A DNA stretch of 64,000 nt from Takakia lepidozioides (Eukaryota > Plantae > Bryophyta), in contig CM060733.1 in NCBI GenBank assembly GCA_030704615.1, positions 53,010,001-53,074,000 of the forward strand. Direction: 5' to 3'. The notes beneath the pieces were generated by a model. That model was given only the letters and a program-made list of their open reading frames with translations. It searched no databases and was not told where the DNA came from. Positions 63,563 to 64,000 of the stretch are shown here, piece after piece. The position numbers and the translations under genes are program-made. The first letter of the stretch is position 1. Every line of letters begins with the position of its first letter.

Positions 63563-64000
63563 CTGTAGACAAACAGCCACCACTCAATATAGATTGCCAG
63601 AGCTTCACCTTGTGTATCACACAAAAAGGCAGGTGGTTTTGTATCCTGGAAAACCATTCTTTACTTACTAACAGCCGCAGTATCCTTCAGGCTTGTGGGA
63701 TACTATTTTAGGATCTCTTACTGAAATGGCTAAAGATGAGTTACTTAAATCAAGAAGCTGAACGAGTTAAGATAAAGTAAGCCAATAGTAGTACCCAATC
63801 TACTGGTTTACAGCCGATGATATGTTTATTGACAACACAACAAACAAACCAATCACAGCCATTCATCAAGACAATTCCAAGCCTACTGCCACACTCATGC
63901 ACAATGAAACAGCAGGGGAGCCACTTGAAACTGCACATCCTTTAAAAAAAAAAAAAAAAAAAAACTTTCTGCCATAATGACTAACAACAGTGCAAACAAA

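Overview
Eukaryotic land-plant genomic DNA with spliceosomal introns. A PLS/DYW PPR gene and an IFT-dynein fragment suggest a plant with flagellated sperm (bryophyte, lycophyte, fern, cycad or Ginkgo; inference). The first ~29 kb is a nested transposon stack. An L1 LINE remnant is interrupted by a Ty1/copia element, whose 3' LTR is interrupted by a large non-chromovirus Ty3/gypsy element. That element's gag is interrupted twice: by a ~2.5 kb gene-capturing (Pack-type) insert carrying four intron-separated exons of the dynein-2 heavy chain, and by a young, structurally complete chromovirus (727-bp LTRs, CAGGA TSD). The remaining ~35 kb is gene-rich: an intronless LecRK-clade kinase without ectodomain, a PPR-DYW pseudogene, FKBP15 plus a tandem pseudogene copy, an IscA fragment, YLMG1, a scramblase/AIM25-like gene with rearranged LINE 3' ends in an intron, a RAD6-like E2, a glycine-cleavage T pseudogene and the 3' end of a NUB1-like gene. 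All calls were made by eye from motifs; no database searches were run.
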